Source of the DNA: Actinomycetota bacterium
GTDB lineage: Bacteria; Actinomycetota; Acidimicrobiia; Spongiisociales; UBA4744
Assembly: GCA_013152275.1 (NCBI GenBank)
Contig: JAADGS010000036.1
Location: 12 to 64,011, forward strand
Direction of reading: 5' to 3'
DNA length: 64,000 nucleotides
The first letter of the stretch is position 1, and the number at the start of each line of letters is the position of its first letter. The notes beneath the pieces are model-generated. The model made no database searches. It was not told the DNA's origin and saw nothing but the letters and a program-made list of their open reading frames with translations. This document shows, piece by piece, positions 1 through 9,292 of this stretch. Position numbers and translations under genes: made by a program.

Positions 1-74
1 CAGAAACCCAGACCGCACAGGGCCTATCACCCGAACCGCCGGGTCCCGCAGGCGCGCGAAACTGCCTTTGGAAG

Positions 75-119
75 CCTTCACACGGCAGAGGTCACTGGTT
101 CGATCCCAGTATCGCCCAC
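75..119 (+). repeat. tRNA-Val(CAC) 3'-half-like segment (att-type repeat, not a complete tRNA)
   Basis: Reads as a tRNA from anticodon loop to discriminator: TTCACAC (anticodon CAC), GGCAG, AGGTC, T-arm ACTGG/TTCGATC/CCAGT, acceptor 3' strand ATCGCCC. No matching 5' acceptor strand (GGGCGAT) or D-arm lies upstream. The 21-nt core CCTTCACACGGCAGAGGTCAC recurs exactly at 7196-7216. Confidence 0.55.
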
Positions 120-358
120 GACCGGGATCCCTTGTGGTTGTTGGGTTCTGTGGCGTCTGGGGTTGGTCTTCGGAAATGCAGGAATAGGCGCAGGGACGCG
201 AATAGGACGCGTTCCGGTCGAGACTCTGGCTGGTCTGGATCGATCTTCGATGCACGCGAGCCGGACTCGACAAACAGACCGCCCAGCCATGGCAGGCCGC
301 ACGTGGGGCGTACGCTCCGACTCATGCGGTCTGCCCACTCTGACAGCCACGTTCCGCC

Positions 359-727
359 CTATCCGTTGGAACACCAGATGAGACCTTGACCGGGTTCCAA
401 GCCGCCAAAGGGCCGCCCATGTTCATCGATAAGCACCCACACGTCCCCTGCTCGAATCGCGTCTGCCGCCGCGCGCTGGTCATCCGTGCCCATGAGGTCT
501 TTGGCCGCGTCCACGACCTTCTTGGCGTTCCAGTCGATACTTGGTGATCCGATCAGCGAACCCGTCATAGTGGTCCACTGACCGTCGCAGTCCAGCCTGG
601 CCACCAGCTCGTCGGTGCTGGCGAATGCCTGACCTCGGATGTCGTCAGCGGTCAGGGTGGGAGATGAACACGCCGTCACCACAAGGACCACTCCGAGACC
701 CACGGCGAGGAGCCGTCGAGTTCTCAA
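359..727 (-). CDS. small lipoprotein, unknown function
   Basis: TTG start 7 nt after GGAGG. N-terminus LRTRRLLAVGLGVVLVVTAC has a lipobox-like VTAC. Forms the tail of ORF 359..1417. Confidence 0.45.
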   Translation of the reverse strand: MRTRRLLAVGLGVVLVVTACSSPTLTADDIRGQAFASTDELVARLDCDGQWTTMTGSLIGSPSIDWNAKKVVDAAKDLMGTDDQRAAADAIRAGDVWVLIDEHGRPFGGLEPGQGLIWCSNG

Positions 728-858
728 TGCGCCACCTCCACCAAATCGAATGCGACGACCACCTCCGCTCCGGTCGCGAACACTGCAACCGGAGCTGATC
801 TGTTGGCGATCAGCGAAAGTCGCAGTGGCGGTTGCGCCGTGTCCACGTTGTGTCCACA

Positions 859-1305
859 TTAGATGCGGCCCCGGGACGGGTTGAGAGTGTCGGCGGCGTT
901 GCGGTCGAGGCCTTCGTAGAGGTGCCCGTAGACGTCGAGGGCAGTTGTTGGTGTGTCCGAGCCGGGAGGCGATGACGGCGGGGTGGGTGTCCTCGGCGAA
1001 GAGGAGGGCGACGTGGCTGTCGGTGTCGAAGGCGATGAGTTCCCCGAGCGACAGCCGGTGTAGGCGGCGGTGGTGACGAGGGCCTTGTATCTGGGACGGA
1101 TCCTGTCGGCGAGCTGGCGCAGAGCTCCGGTTCCGGAGCGGGGGTGGGTGCGCGGTATCGTTCCATGTGTCACTTGGGCGTCCTTTGTCGCCTCGGCTGT
1201 GGGGGACGTCGGCACAGCGTGCTGCAGGGCAGCCCATGTAGCTCGACGGCCAGACCTGTCGGCGCGCATCAGCTGTCTCATCTGTGCCAGGGTGATTGGT
1301 GACAC
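859..1305 (-). pseudogene. tyrosine recombinase/integrase remnant (frameshifted, internally deleted)
   Basis: Integrase C-terminal motifs are split across two minus frames: ALVTTAAYTGCR then GELIAF..., and LGHT then ALDVYGHLYEGL. No single intact ORF covers them. Confidence 0.5.
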
Positions 1306-1358
1306 TCGTCCCAGCTACCGATGGAACCGTCGCCCGCTCTCGTGTGTCTCTTAGGTGG

Positions 1359-1850
1359 ATGAAGGAGCTGATGGAACGTCCAGACCCGCTGATCATACAT
1401 CCGGTGGATTTCGGCACGTTCTATCGCGTGACGTGGGAACGGGTGTATCGGCCGCTGGCGGTGACGCTCGGAGACCACGAACTCGCACGTGAGTCGGTTG
1501 ATGAGGCGATGGTGCGCGCTTTCCAGAAGTGGTCGAAGGTTCGCGGGTACAACAACCCGGTGGGGTGGGTGTATCGGGTGGCGTTGAACTACGCACGGAA
1601 CCGGCTTCGGCGGAGGTGGCGTGAGGTGCCATGGGGTTCGGTTGAGCCGACTTGGGAGATGAAGACTCCGGACTTTGATCTCGTGGAGGCGTTGCAGAAG
1701 CTGCCGTTGCGCCAACGCGAGGTCGTTGTGCTGCGTTTTCTCTTCGACTGGTCGGTCAGCGAGGTGGGGGAGGCCCTGGACATCCCGGATGGGACTGTGA
1801 AGAGCCGCCTTCATAGGGCGGTGGCCGTGTTGCGGGAGGTGATGCAGTGA
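1359..1850 (+). CDS. ECF (sigma-70 family) RNA polymerase sigma factor
   Basis: Region 2-like ARESVDEAMVRAFQKW and region 4 HTH LPLRQREVVVLRFLFDWSVSEVGEALDIPDGTVKSRLHRA. The start is uncertain (1296, 1359 or 1371). Confidence 0.9.
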   Translation: MKELMERPDPLIIHPVDFGTFYRVTWERVYRPLAVTLGDHELARESVDEAMVRAFQKWSKVRGYNNPVGWVYRVALNYARNRLRRRWREVPWGSVEPTWEMKTPDFDLVEALQKLPLRQREVVVLRFLFDWSVSEVGEALDIPDGTVKSRLHRAVAVLREVMQ

Positions 1851-2698
1851 GCATCGAGAACAGGATTCGGACTGGGCTGGAAGCTGCGGTTTGCACGGTG
1901 CCGGCTGCCACTCCCGCGCCGCTCGATGCCGTGGAGAGGCGTGGGCGCCGGCGCCTAGTCGTCACACGTGTTGGTCTGGTTGCTGCCGGCGTCGCTGTTG
2001 TTGCATCGATGGTGGGAACTTCGATCGCGATCGGGAGGATCGGCTATGTACCGTATGTGGCCGAGCCTACGGCTTCGTCGCTGACAACCACACCCGTAGC
2101 TGACGGCACCGTTCTGGTCGCCGGGGACGAGTTCCGTGTCGAGGGGTTGGTGGAGGCCTTTTCAGAGGTGCCGATGTACTTTGGCCAAGCGTCGCCGTCG
2201 CCGCGTTTCGACACTTCCCTGCTTGGTGAGGAGCAGCCGCTGGTGTTCGGTGAGGTCAAGGTTGCCGACGCCGATGTGCTCGATGGGCCAACTGTCTACG
2301 TGGGTGAGGTTGACAACGAGTCGGTCTTTGTGAACTCGCAGCCCTCCAACACTGGCGTGGTGAAATGCCTGTGGATCGGACCGACTCCTCAATTCTGCGG
2401 TGATTGGGGGGCGTTCGAACTGTCCGCTGCTCCCGCCCGTGGGGGACCCGTGTATGGGGTGTGGCTGGGCGTACCGGACGGCACCAGTGTGGTCGTGCTT
2501 CGTGACGGCGGCACTCTGCTTGCGTGGCAACGGCCCGTTGGTGACGTCACGCTGGTTGCGCTGCCCGGTTTGGGCGTCTACGAGCTGGCGGCTCTCGACG
2601 AAGTAGGAGGCGAGATCGAAGTGATCGACATCGAGGCCACCTCTCTTGATGATCAGGGTGCGACCAGCCCCGGTGATCCAACCACGACGCTGCCATGA
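1847..2698 (+). CDS. membrane-anchored protein, putative anti-sigma factor
   Basis: GTGA overlap with the sigma gene stop. Short cytoplasmic N-terminus, one TM segment (VGLVAAGVAVVASMVGTSIAIG), then an extracytoplasmic domain. No recognisable zinc anti-sigma motif. Confidence 0.55.
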   Translation: MSIENRIRTGLEAAVCTVPAATPAPLDAVERRGRRRLVVTRVGLVAAGVAVVASMVGTSIAIGRIGYVPYVAEPTASSLTTTPVADGTVLVAGDEFRVEGLVEAFSEVPMYFGQASPSPRFDTSLLGEEQPLVFGEVKVADADVLDGPTVYVGEVDNESVFVNSQPSNTGVVKCLWIGPTPQFCGDWGAFELSAAPARGGPVYGVWLGVPDGTSVVVLRDGGTLLAWQRPVGDVTLVALPGLGVYELAALDEVGGEIEVIDIEATSLDDQGATSPGDPTTTLP

Positions 2699-2734
2699 GG
2701 CGGGACGAGCCTGATTCGAGGAAAGGAATCGACC

Positions 2735-3562
2735 GTGAAGAACGCACTGGGCCTGGTTGCTCTGCTGGCGATGGTCTCGTTTCTTGGAGGTTGCAGCGGT
2801 GACACCACTGTCGTAGACCATTCCGACGAACAGCTCCTCGAGGTGTACCTTCCATGGGCCGATCCGCAAGAGACCGATCGCCTCGAGGGGGAGTTCCACG
2901 CGCGCGTCGAGGACCTAATCGCGGCGTGCATGCAGGACGCCGGCCTCGAGTACGTGCCGGTTCCGCTCGAAGCGGTGAGTTACGGGCCTGGTAGGGGTAT
3001 AAGCCGCTCTGAACACGCCCGCCGATTCGGATTCGGTATCTCGACAAACGACCAGCAATTCGCAGCGTTTGTTGCTTCCACCGCCTCGGTAGGTGATCCG
3101 AACCAGACGTACGAGGAGTCATTGTCGACCGAGCGGAAGATCGCGTATTCAGAGCAACACGCCAGGTGCACGGAACAGGCGTACAGGGTGGTCCCCCAAC
3201 GGGCCGACCAATTCAAGAAGGCAGTCGATGATCTCGTCAACCGCGTCAAAGCCGATCCGGCGGTGATTGAAGCCGAGGCGGAGTGGGTGGCCTGTGTCAG
3301 GTCGGACGACGAAGCGCTCCCACAGTTCTCGTCGCTGGACCAGCTCACAAGCTGGTTCTGGAAGGAATCGGAGCGGCTCAAAGATCGACCAAGCGAGCTG
3401 GCTCGGTTGCAGGACATGGAGCGGAAGGTTGCTCTGCGCCATCTCGAGTGTGAACCACGGTTGGTGGCGGTGATGAGGGATGTGGGAGCCCGATACCAGT
3501 CTGAGGTTGCCGCCGACTACCGCGGCCTGTTCGATCGCCAGAGGGCGTTCCTTGACTCCTAG
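2735..3562 (+). CDS. lipoprotein, unknown function
   Basis: GTG start after GAAAGGAA. Signal peptide with lipobox LGGC (MKNALGLVALLAMVSFLGGCSG). Several conserved-looking Cys residues. Confidence 0.7.
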   Translation: MKNALGLVALLAMVSFLGGCSGDTTVVDHSDEQLLEVYLPWADPQETDRLEGEFHARVEDLIAACMQDAGLEYVPVPLEAVSYGPGRGISRSEHARRFGFGISTNDQQFAAFVASTASVGDPNQTYEESLSTERKIAYSEQHARCTEQAYRVVPQRADQFKKAVDDLVNRVKADPAVIEAEAEWVACVRSDDEALPQFSSLDQLTSWFWKESERLKDRPSELARLQDMERKVALRHLECEPRLVAVMRDVGARYQSEVAADYRGLFDRQRAFLDS

Positions 3563-4661
3563 ACGCGTCGTTCGTCACGTGCTCCTCCTGGTGGCGGTCG
3601 TCGGGTTCGCGCTCGGGACCACCCTGCTGGTCAACCGCTTGGTGGCGCCAGAAGAGCTCGAGGAATTGCTCGCGCCGGTGAAGTCTCCGCCAGTGACCGT
3701 CGAGGTGGAGCGGCGGGTCATCGCGACGACCCTGGTCGGCCGAGGCCTGGTCGGCTACGAAGACGAGGACACCATCGTGCTGTCAGCGATACCTGGCCTC
3801 GATGGATCGACACCGCTGCTGACTTGGCTACCTGGACGCTCCAGCGAACTTCATGCCGGCGGTGTGCTCGCCGAGGTCGCGTATCGGCCGGTGATCCTTC
3901 TCGAAGGGGATGCGCCGCTGGTTCGGGACCTGATGCTGGGCGACCGCGGTCCTGACGTTGCGATGCTTCAGCGCGCTCTCGTAGGCGTCGGGCTGCTCGC
4001 GGAATTCGACGTCGACGAGGTGTTCGGGCAGGTCACGAGCACGGCTGTGGCTGCCCTGTACAAAGCTGCAGGCTATCCGGCACCCAGACTGGCCAACAAC
4101 TCTTACGCGCCGGTGGCCGAACTTCATCTGGTAACAGCGCTTCCCGTCGTTGTGCGTGAGTCGATGGCGAGCGTGGGAGATGCAATTGCTCCAGGCTCTC
4201 CGATCATGACCGTGTCATCGCCAGCTGCTCATCTGGTAGTAGGCCTGTCGAGCTTTGAGGCTGCCCTACTCACCGGTGGCGAGACCGCCCAGATCGTCGA
4301 CGATGCCACTGGCAACATCACCGTTGGTCGCATCCTGCATGTGGGAACGGTGTCCGATCCCGAGGTAGGAGGGGTCCCGGTCATCGTGAGCTTGGACGGT
4401 GTGCTCCCCGATGACCGGGACTACAAAGTCACGATCGAGGTTCAGACGACTGGACAACCGGTGCTTGCCGTACCGGAAACCGCCCTCTACCTCGGCAGCG
4501 GCGACTCCCCCTACGTGTTACGGACAACTGACGAGAGTGGCTCCGAACCCATCCCTGTAGAGGTTGGCATCGTCGGATCCGACGGATATGCACAGATCAC
4601 GCCCGCAGCCGCTACCCGCCTCGTCGCCGGTGACCATGTCGTAGTGGGGGCCGCGTCATGA
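3552..4661 (+). CDS. periplasmic adaptor (HlyD/MacA-like) with peptidoglycan-binding domain
   Basis: N-terminal TM (VLLLVAVVGFALGTTLLV). PG_binding_1-like stretch DVAMLQRALVGVGLL...VFGQVTSTAVAALYKAAGY. C-terminal beta-barrel-like region. ATGA-coupled to the ABC ATPase. The start is ambiguous (3480, 3552 TTG or 3579 GTG). Confidence 0.7.
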   Translation: MTPRRVVRHVLLLVAVVGFALGTTLLVNRLVAPEELEELLAPVKSPPVTVEVERRVIATTLVGRGLVGYEDEDTIVLSAIPGLDGSTPLLTWLPGRSSELHAGGVLAEVAYRPVILLEGDAPLVRDLMLGDRGPDVAMLQRALVGVGLLAEFDVDEVFGQVTSTAVAALYKAAGYPAPRLANNSYAPVAELHLVTALPVVVRESMASVGDAIAPGSPIMTVSSPAAHLVVGLSSFEAALLTGGETAQIVDDATGNITVGRILHVGTVSDPEVGGVPVIVSLDGVLPDDRDYKVTIEVQTTGQPVLAVPETALYLGSGDSPYVLRTTDESGSEPIPVEVGIVGSDGYAQITPAAATRLVAGDHVVVGAAS

Positions 4662-5329
4662 GCCTCGTGGCTGAATCCGTACGCGTGACATACCCGGGCC
4701 CTCCGCCAGTGGAAGCGGTCCACGGCGTGTCTCTCAGGGTCGATCCTGCCGAGTTCGTTACCATCATCGGACCGTCGGGATCCGGCAAGAGTTCACTCCT
4801 CCACGTCCTCGGTGCCCTGATGGCGCCTTCCCTGGGTCGGGTACTCATAGACGGTGTCGATGTCGGTGCCTTGTCCGAGCGAGCTCGCAACTCCCTGCGT
4901 GCCCACCGGCTCGGGTTCGTCTTCCAGGAGTTCCATCTCATCGATCATCGCACTGTGCTTGACAATGTTGCGGTCGGCTCCCTGTACCAGCGACGCTCAC
5001 TCCGCCGTCGACGCCGCGATGCTCTCGATGTGATCCACGAGGTCGGCCTCGACCGCTTCGCTCACACAACACCGCGCAACCTCTCGGGTGGGGAACGCCA
5101 GCGTGTTGGGATCGCCCGGGCACTCATCGGCAAGCCCTCGATCCTTCTTTGCGACGAACCTACCGGAAACCTGGACTCGGCCACCACAACCGCCGTTGTC
5201 TCGCTGCTCGACCGACTAAGAAGGGACAGCTCCCTCAGCGTCATCGTGGTCACCCACGATCTCACCGTGCAGCAGGCTTCGGATCGATCGATCTGGCTGC
5301 GTGATGGCACCGGGATCGCACAGCCATGA
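4658..5329 (+). CDS. ABC transporter ATP-binding protein (MacB/LolD type)
   Basis: Walker A GPSGSGKSS, signature LSGGERQRVGIARAL, Walker B LLCDEPTGNLD. Confidence 0.92.
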   Translation: MSLVAESVRVTYPGPPPVEAVHGVSLRVDPAEFVTIIGPSGSGKSSLLHVLGALMAPSLGRVLIDGVDVGALSERARNSLRAHRLGFVFQEFHLIDHRTVLDNVAVGSLYQRRSLRRRRRDALDVIHEVGLDRFAHTTPRNLSGGERQRVGIARALIGKPSILLCDEPTGNLDSATTTAVVSLLDRLRRDSSLSVIVVTHDLTVQQASDRSIWLRDGTGIAQP

Positions 5330-6525
5330 CCAGACTCGCGCGGTCAGGCATGACCGCTGGCAGCTTGCTGTTCGAAACTATGGCAGGTCTCACAGGTCGC
5401 CCTGTGCGCTCCGCCATCACCACACTGGGAATCGCCGTTGGGCTCGCCGCCCTCGTTGCTTCAATCGGGATCTCTCAATCGGCCGGTGCGCAGATCGTCA
5501 CTAGATTCTACAAAGCACAGGCCCCCTATCTCACAGCAATCGGGGCGGAGAACGCGACGCTGACTCTCCCAAACGGGACAATCGATGCACTCCGTCGTCG
5601 TCCCGGCGTCGTCGGAGCTGATAGCGTCACTCTGCATGGTGACAACCTGATCGCACGAGCCCGAGCACCCCAGGGCACACAGGCTGCCGTGGCAATCACG
5701 GTATCGCTGCTCGGAGCTGGACCCAGCTTCTTCGAGACAACCAACGCTGAGATTGGTACAGGCCGCTCTTTCGACGAAGGACACGTGCTTGGACACGCCC
5801 CGGTGGCCGTCATCGGAATCGGTGTTGCGCGACGACTGGGAATCGACACCATTGTTGGACAGCCAGTGGTCTTCGTCAATGGCCACCAGCTGCTCGTCAT
5901 CGGGATCCTCGACGACACAGCATTCTTCACCCAGACGCTGGATGCCATCGTGATCCCGTACACCACGGCAGTAGATCTCTTCGGCGACCCGCAGAACACG
6001 TCCGTGCTCGTCACGACCAAACGAGGCAGCACTTACGCCATCGCCCGCGATCTCCCATACCTCCTCCAACCCCTTCGACCCGAGGACATCAACGTCGCCG
6101 TACCGCCTCCACCTCCAGATGTAGCGGAGGCCGTCAGCAGCGACCTCGACACACTCGCTCTTACCCTCGCCGGTGTCGGCACAGTCGTTGCCGCGATAAG
6201 TGTCACCGCAATCATGACCATCACCGTTGTCGAACGCACGGCCGAGATAGGCCTCCGCCGGGCCTTCGGCGCTTCACGCCTCGACATCGCAACCCAGTTC
6301 CTTCTTGAGAGCCTCGCCATGGGCGCCATCGGAGGAACCGCAGGTGCCACCCTCGGAATCGTTCTCATCCACGGAGCGGCCAACCTACGCAACTGGGTCC
6401 CGGTCCTCGATGCCGGTGTCCCCTACCTCGCTGTCACCCTCGGCGCCTTCATCGGTCTTCTCGCCGGCACCTACCCTGCCGTCAGGGCCGCCAACATCCC
6501 ACCCACCAGAAGCCTCCGAGGCTGA
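5326..6525 (+). CDS. ABC transporter permease (MacB periplasmic domain plus FtsX-like)
   Basis: ATGA overlap with the ATPase. N-terminal TM, a large extracytoplasmic domain, then three C-terminal TM segments with FtsX-like RRAFGASRLDI. Confidence 0.9.
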   Translation: MTRLARSGMTAGSLLFETMAGLTGRPVRSAITTLGIAVGLAALVASIGISQSAGAQIVTRFYKAQAPYLTAIGAENATLTLPNGTIDALRRRPGVVGADSVTLHGDNLIARARAPQGTQAAVAITVSLLGAGPSFFETTNAEIGTGRSFDEGHVLGHAPVAVIGIGVARRLGIDTIVGQPVVFVNGHQLLVIGILDDTAFFTQTLDAIVIPYTTAVDLFGDPQNTSVLVTTKRGSTYAIARDLPYLLQPLRPEDINVAVPPPPPDVAEAVSSDLDTLALTLAGVGTVVAAISVTAIMTITVVERTAEIGLRRAFGASRLDIATQFLLESLAMGAIGGTAGATLGIVLIHGAANLRNWVPVLDAGVPYLAVTLGAFIGLLAGTYPAVRAANIPPTRSLRG

Positions 6526-6808
6526 ATCTGGACGACGGGCTGCAGCCGATAACCAACTCCGATCACCCGTGCGGCACAAAGGTGAGCGCGTGTGGAAGCC
6601 GAGCCGAGCGGCACTTCGAGCTCTTACCAGCAGAGCTCCACGATGAGCACCTCCAGGGTGACCTGTGCTGCGTATTTCCGCGACGTGGGCCGCGGCTCGA
6701 CCGCGAGAGGGCGAGAAACGATGAGAGTCAACGCGATCCTGTAGGCACTGAAAGACCAAGGGGCGACCGATGATTCGCCTGGCTACGAGCGCGCGAGCTC
6801 CCCCGGGA

Positions 6809-6858
6809 GCTGACTACGGATCAGAAGGTTGGGGGTTCGAGTCCCTCCGGGCATGCCA
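6809..6858 (+). other. tRNA-Arg(ACG)-like 3' fragment with encoded CCA
   Basis: Anticodon arm GCTGA/CTACGGA/TCAGA (anticodon ACG), variable AGGTT, T-arm GGGGG/TTCGAGT/CCCTC, then CGGGCAT-G-CCA. No 5' acceptor strand (ATGCCCG) or proper D-arm lies upstream. Confidence 0.45.
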
Positions 6859-7195
6859 CGGCACGGGCGAAGCTCGGGTTCGACGGCGGCTTCTTCATGG
6901 CGGAAAGACTCGGTGTGGGCGAGGAGCCGGTCGCTGATCTCGGCTCTGGTGCCGGCCTGAGCGATATCGGGGTCGATCGGCTCGTATGGCTTTCTCGAAT
7001 GGGTCTCAATCCAGCTGGTTGGTGTCCCATTCACGCGGAGCTGACCGATGTTGGATCCGCGACCACACCGCGTCCACATGACACTGGGAAACGGCGAGAA
7101 ACGGCGAGAAACGATGAAAGACGAGAACCCGCATGGTGCAAGGGAAAACGACACAACAACCCGATCCTGTGGAGGCGCGAGCAGGCGGCCAGAGA

Positions 7196-7240
7196 CCTTC
7201 ACACGGCAGAGGTCACCAGTTTGAAACCAGTATCGTTCAC
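7196..7240 (+). repeat. degenerate second copy of the tRNA-Val 3'-half repeat
   Basis: Exact 21-nt core, then 17/24 matches to 96-119. The T-arm no longer pairs (ACCAG/TTTGAAA/CCAGT). Confidence 0.5.
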
Positions 7241-7535
7241 CATGCGGAACCGCCCGAGGTTGGGCGGGTCCACCCACGTTTACTGGCGTTGTCACGAGCC
7301 GACAGATCTCACTGGAAGTGATTGCCGCTGGAAACGAAAGCCAACATGAGGCCCATTCCTGACTCATAGCGTCGGCCTCTCGGGGGGCTCTGCCGTCATT
7401 GTCTGGCGGCTTTGTGGCGGTGCTAGCATTTTGTGGCAGGTCACCGAGGGATCCCCAAGAGGGTCTGATCCGAGGTTTCGACCGCGAACATCAAGATATG
7501 GAAAACATGATGGTGCAATCTTGGGAGGGGACATC

Positions 7536-8504
7536 GTGACCGGTGAGAGTGCACAGACGGACTGGACGTTTCGTGTCCGCAACGTGACCAAGGTATTCGG
7601 GGACCTGCGAGCGAACGACGGGATCACGTTGGAGGTCCATCCGGGTGAGGTGTACGGGTTGCTCGGACCCAACGGGGCCGGCAAGACCACGCTCGTCAAG
7701 CAGATCATCGGTTTGCTGAAGCCCACTTCCGGGGAGTTGACGCTCGGTCCGTACGATCTCGTCGAGGACCCGGACGCCGCCCGCCAACTCTGCTCCTACC
7801 TGCCGCAGGCCCAAATGCCGATCGACTCGTTCAAGACCAGGAACGTGATCGCGCTGACCGGAATGATCCGTGGCGGTGATTCCGTGACGGTGCGGAAACG
7901 GGCCGACGAACTCATCGAGGAGCTCGATATCGGTGAGTGGGCCGACACGATCGGGGCCAAGCTCTCAGGTGGTGTGAAGCGGCTCGTCGGGTTCGCCATG
8001 GTGACGGCCTGGCCGGGCCGGGTGGTCATCATCGACGAACCGACCAACGACGTGGATCCGCGTCGCCGCCGGTTGCTGTGGGAACAGATCCGCCGGCTCG
8101 GTGATCAGGGCGCGGCGGTGTTGCTGGTGACCCACAACGTACTCGAGGCAGAGAAGTCGGTCGATCGTCTGGCGATCATCGACGAGGGTCGCCTGATCGC
8201 GGAGGGCACGCCTTCGTCGCTGAAGTCGGAGGACCGCGGTCGTATGCGGCTGCAGTTGATGATTGTGCCGGGCCGAGAAACTCCGGAGATGCCGGTGTTC
8301 ATCGAGGACCACACCAGGGTCGGCAACAACGTGATGACTGTCCTGGCCGAGACCGACTCGGCGCATGCGATCGGTTGGGCACAGGAGCTGATCGGTCTGG
8401 GCATCGCCGAGGAGTACGCCCTGGCGGCCACGACTCTCGAGGACGTGTACATCCGGCTGACCGGCCATACCTCCGAGGACCTCCACGCGAAAGCCCGGGC
8501 GTGA
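7536..8504 (+). CDS. ABC-2 type transporter ATP-binding protein (DrrA-like)
   Basis: GTG start 5 nt after GGGAGGGG. Walker A GPNGAGKTT, signature LSGGVKRLVG, Walker B VVIIDEPTNDVDP. Confidence 0.9.
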   Translation: MTGESAQTDWTFRVRNVTKVFGDLRANDGITLEVHPGEVYGLLGPNGAGKTTLVKQIIGLLKPTSGELTLGPYDLVEDPDAARQLCSYLPQAQMPIDSFKTRNVIALTGMIRGGDSVTVRKRADELIEELDIGEWADTIGAKLSGGVKRLVGFAMVTAWPGRVVIIDEPTNDVDPRRRRLLWEQIRRLGDQGAAVLLVTHNVLEAEKSVDRLAIIDEGRLIAEGTPSSLKSEDRGRMRLQLMIVPGRETPEMPVFIEDHTRVGNNVMTVLAETDSAHAIGWAQELIGLGIAEEYALAATTLEDVYIRLTGHTSEDLHAKARA

Positions 8505-9292
8505 CCGCGCAGCAGGCAAGCGTGGCAAGATCCGTCCCGGTGCGTTCCGGGCTTGGCCGCTGGGTGCAGAGCTATCTGATGATGACTCGCTGGGAGATCG
8601 GCAGCCTGCGGCGCGAATTCCCACTGATCATCGCTCTCCAGATCGTGATCGGTGGCGGCTTCGCCCTCGGGATCGGCCTCTTCTTCGACCGGATGCCGGC
8701 ACGCAACGCCCTCTTCCTTTCCACCGGGGTGGCGGTTGTGACGTTGATCACCGTCGGGATGGTTCTCGGGCCGCAACTCGTCAGCAATCAGAAAGTGGCC
8801 GGAACCTACGACTTTCTTTGGTCGCTGCCGGTGCCTCGCACCACACAGGCGGCCGCCTGGCTGACCGTCAATACCATCATCGCCATACCGGGCATGGTGG
8901 TGGCGCTGGTCATCGCCGACGCGAGGTACGACCTGTCGCTCCATGTCTCGGCGGCGATCGTTCCGGCGGTGCTGCTGACCATCGGCACGGCCACCCTGAT
9001 CGGGTACGCGTTTGCCCATGCCATTTCGAAGCCGATGGTCACCATGATGATCACCCAGTTGCTGGTCTTCACCATTCTCGGGTTCTCACCCATCAACTTC
9101 CCACCGGAGAACCTTCCCGGCTGGCTGGCAACGGTGAACGAATGGCTGCCCTTCGAGCACATGGCGGCGGTGGTCCGTGCGGCGCTGACCGACGGCCTCG
9201 TGGTCGATGTAGTGCGCTCCTACCTCATTCTCGGCATCTACGCCGCTCTGTCGACGATGGTGGCCGCCTGGGTGATCGGAAGGAGGCGCTGA
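8501..9292 (+). CDS. ABC-2 family permease (paralog 1)
   Basis: GTGA overlap with the ATPase stop. About 6 TM segments. Shared motif YDFLWSLPVPR. Confidence 0.8.
   Translation: MTAQQASVARSVPVRSGLGRWVQSYLMMTRWEIGSLRREFPLIIALQIVIGGGFALGIGLFFDRMPARNALFLSTGVAVVTLITVGMVLGPQLVSNQKVAGTYDFLWSLPVPRTTQAAAWLTVNTIIAIPGMVVALVIADARYDLSLHVSAAIVPAVLLTIGTATLIGYAFAHAISKPMVTMMITQLLVFTILGFSPINFPPENLPGWLATVNEWLPFEHMAAVVRAALTDGLVVDVVRSYLILGIYAALSTMVAAWVIGRRR

Larger units (their letters stand above)
75..7240. mobile_element. putative decayed integrative island bounded by tRNA-Val 3'-half direct repeats
   Basis: Imperfect direct repeats at 75-119 and 7196-7240 (38/45 matches by hand count). A degraded tyrosine-recombinase gene lies next to the left repeat. 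The cargo is envelope-related accessory genes. Confidence 0.45.

Noticed and set aside
75-119. Complete tRNA-Val gene
   Set aside because: Only the segment from the anticodon loop to the 3' end is tRNA-like. The upstream 100 nt contains no strand complementary to ATCGCCC and no D-arm in register.
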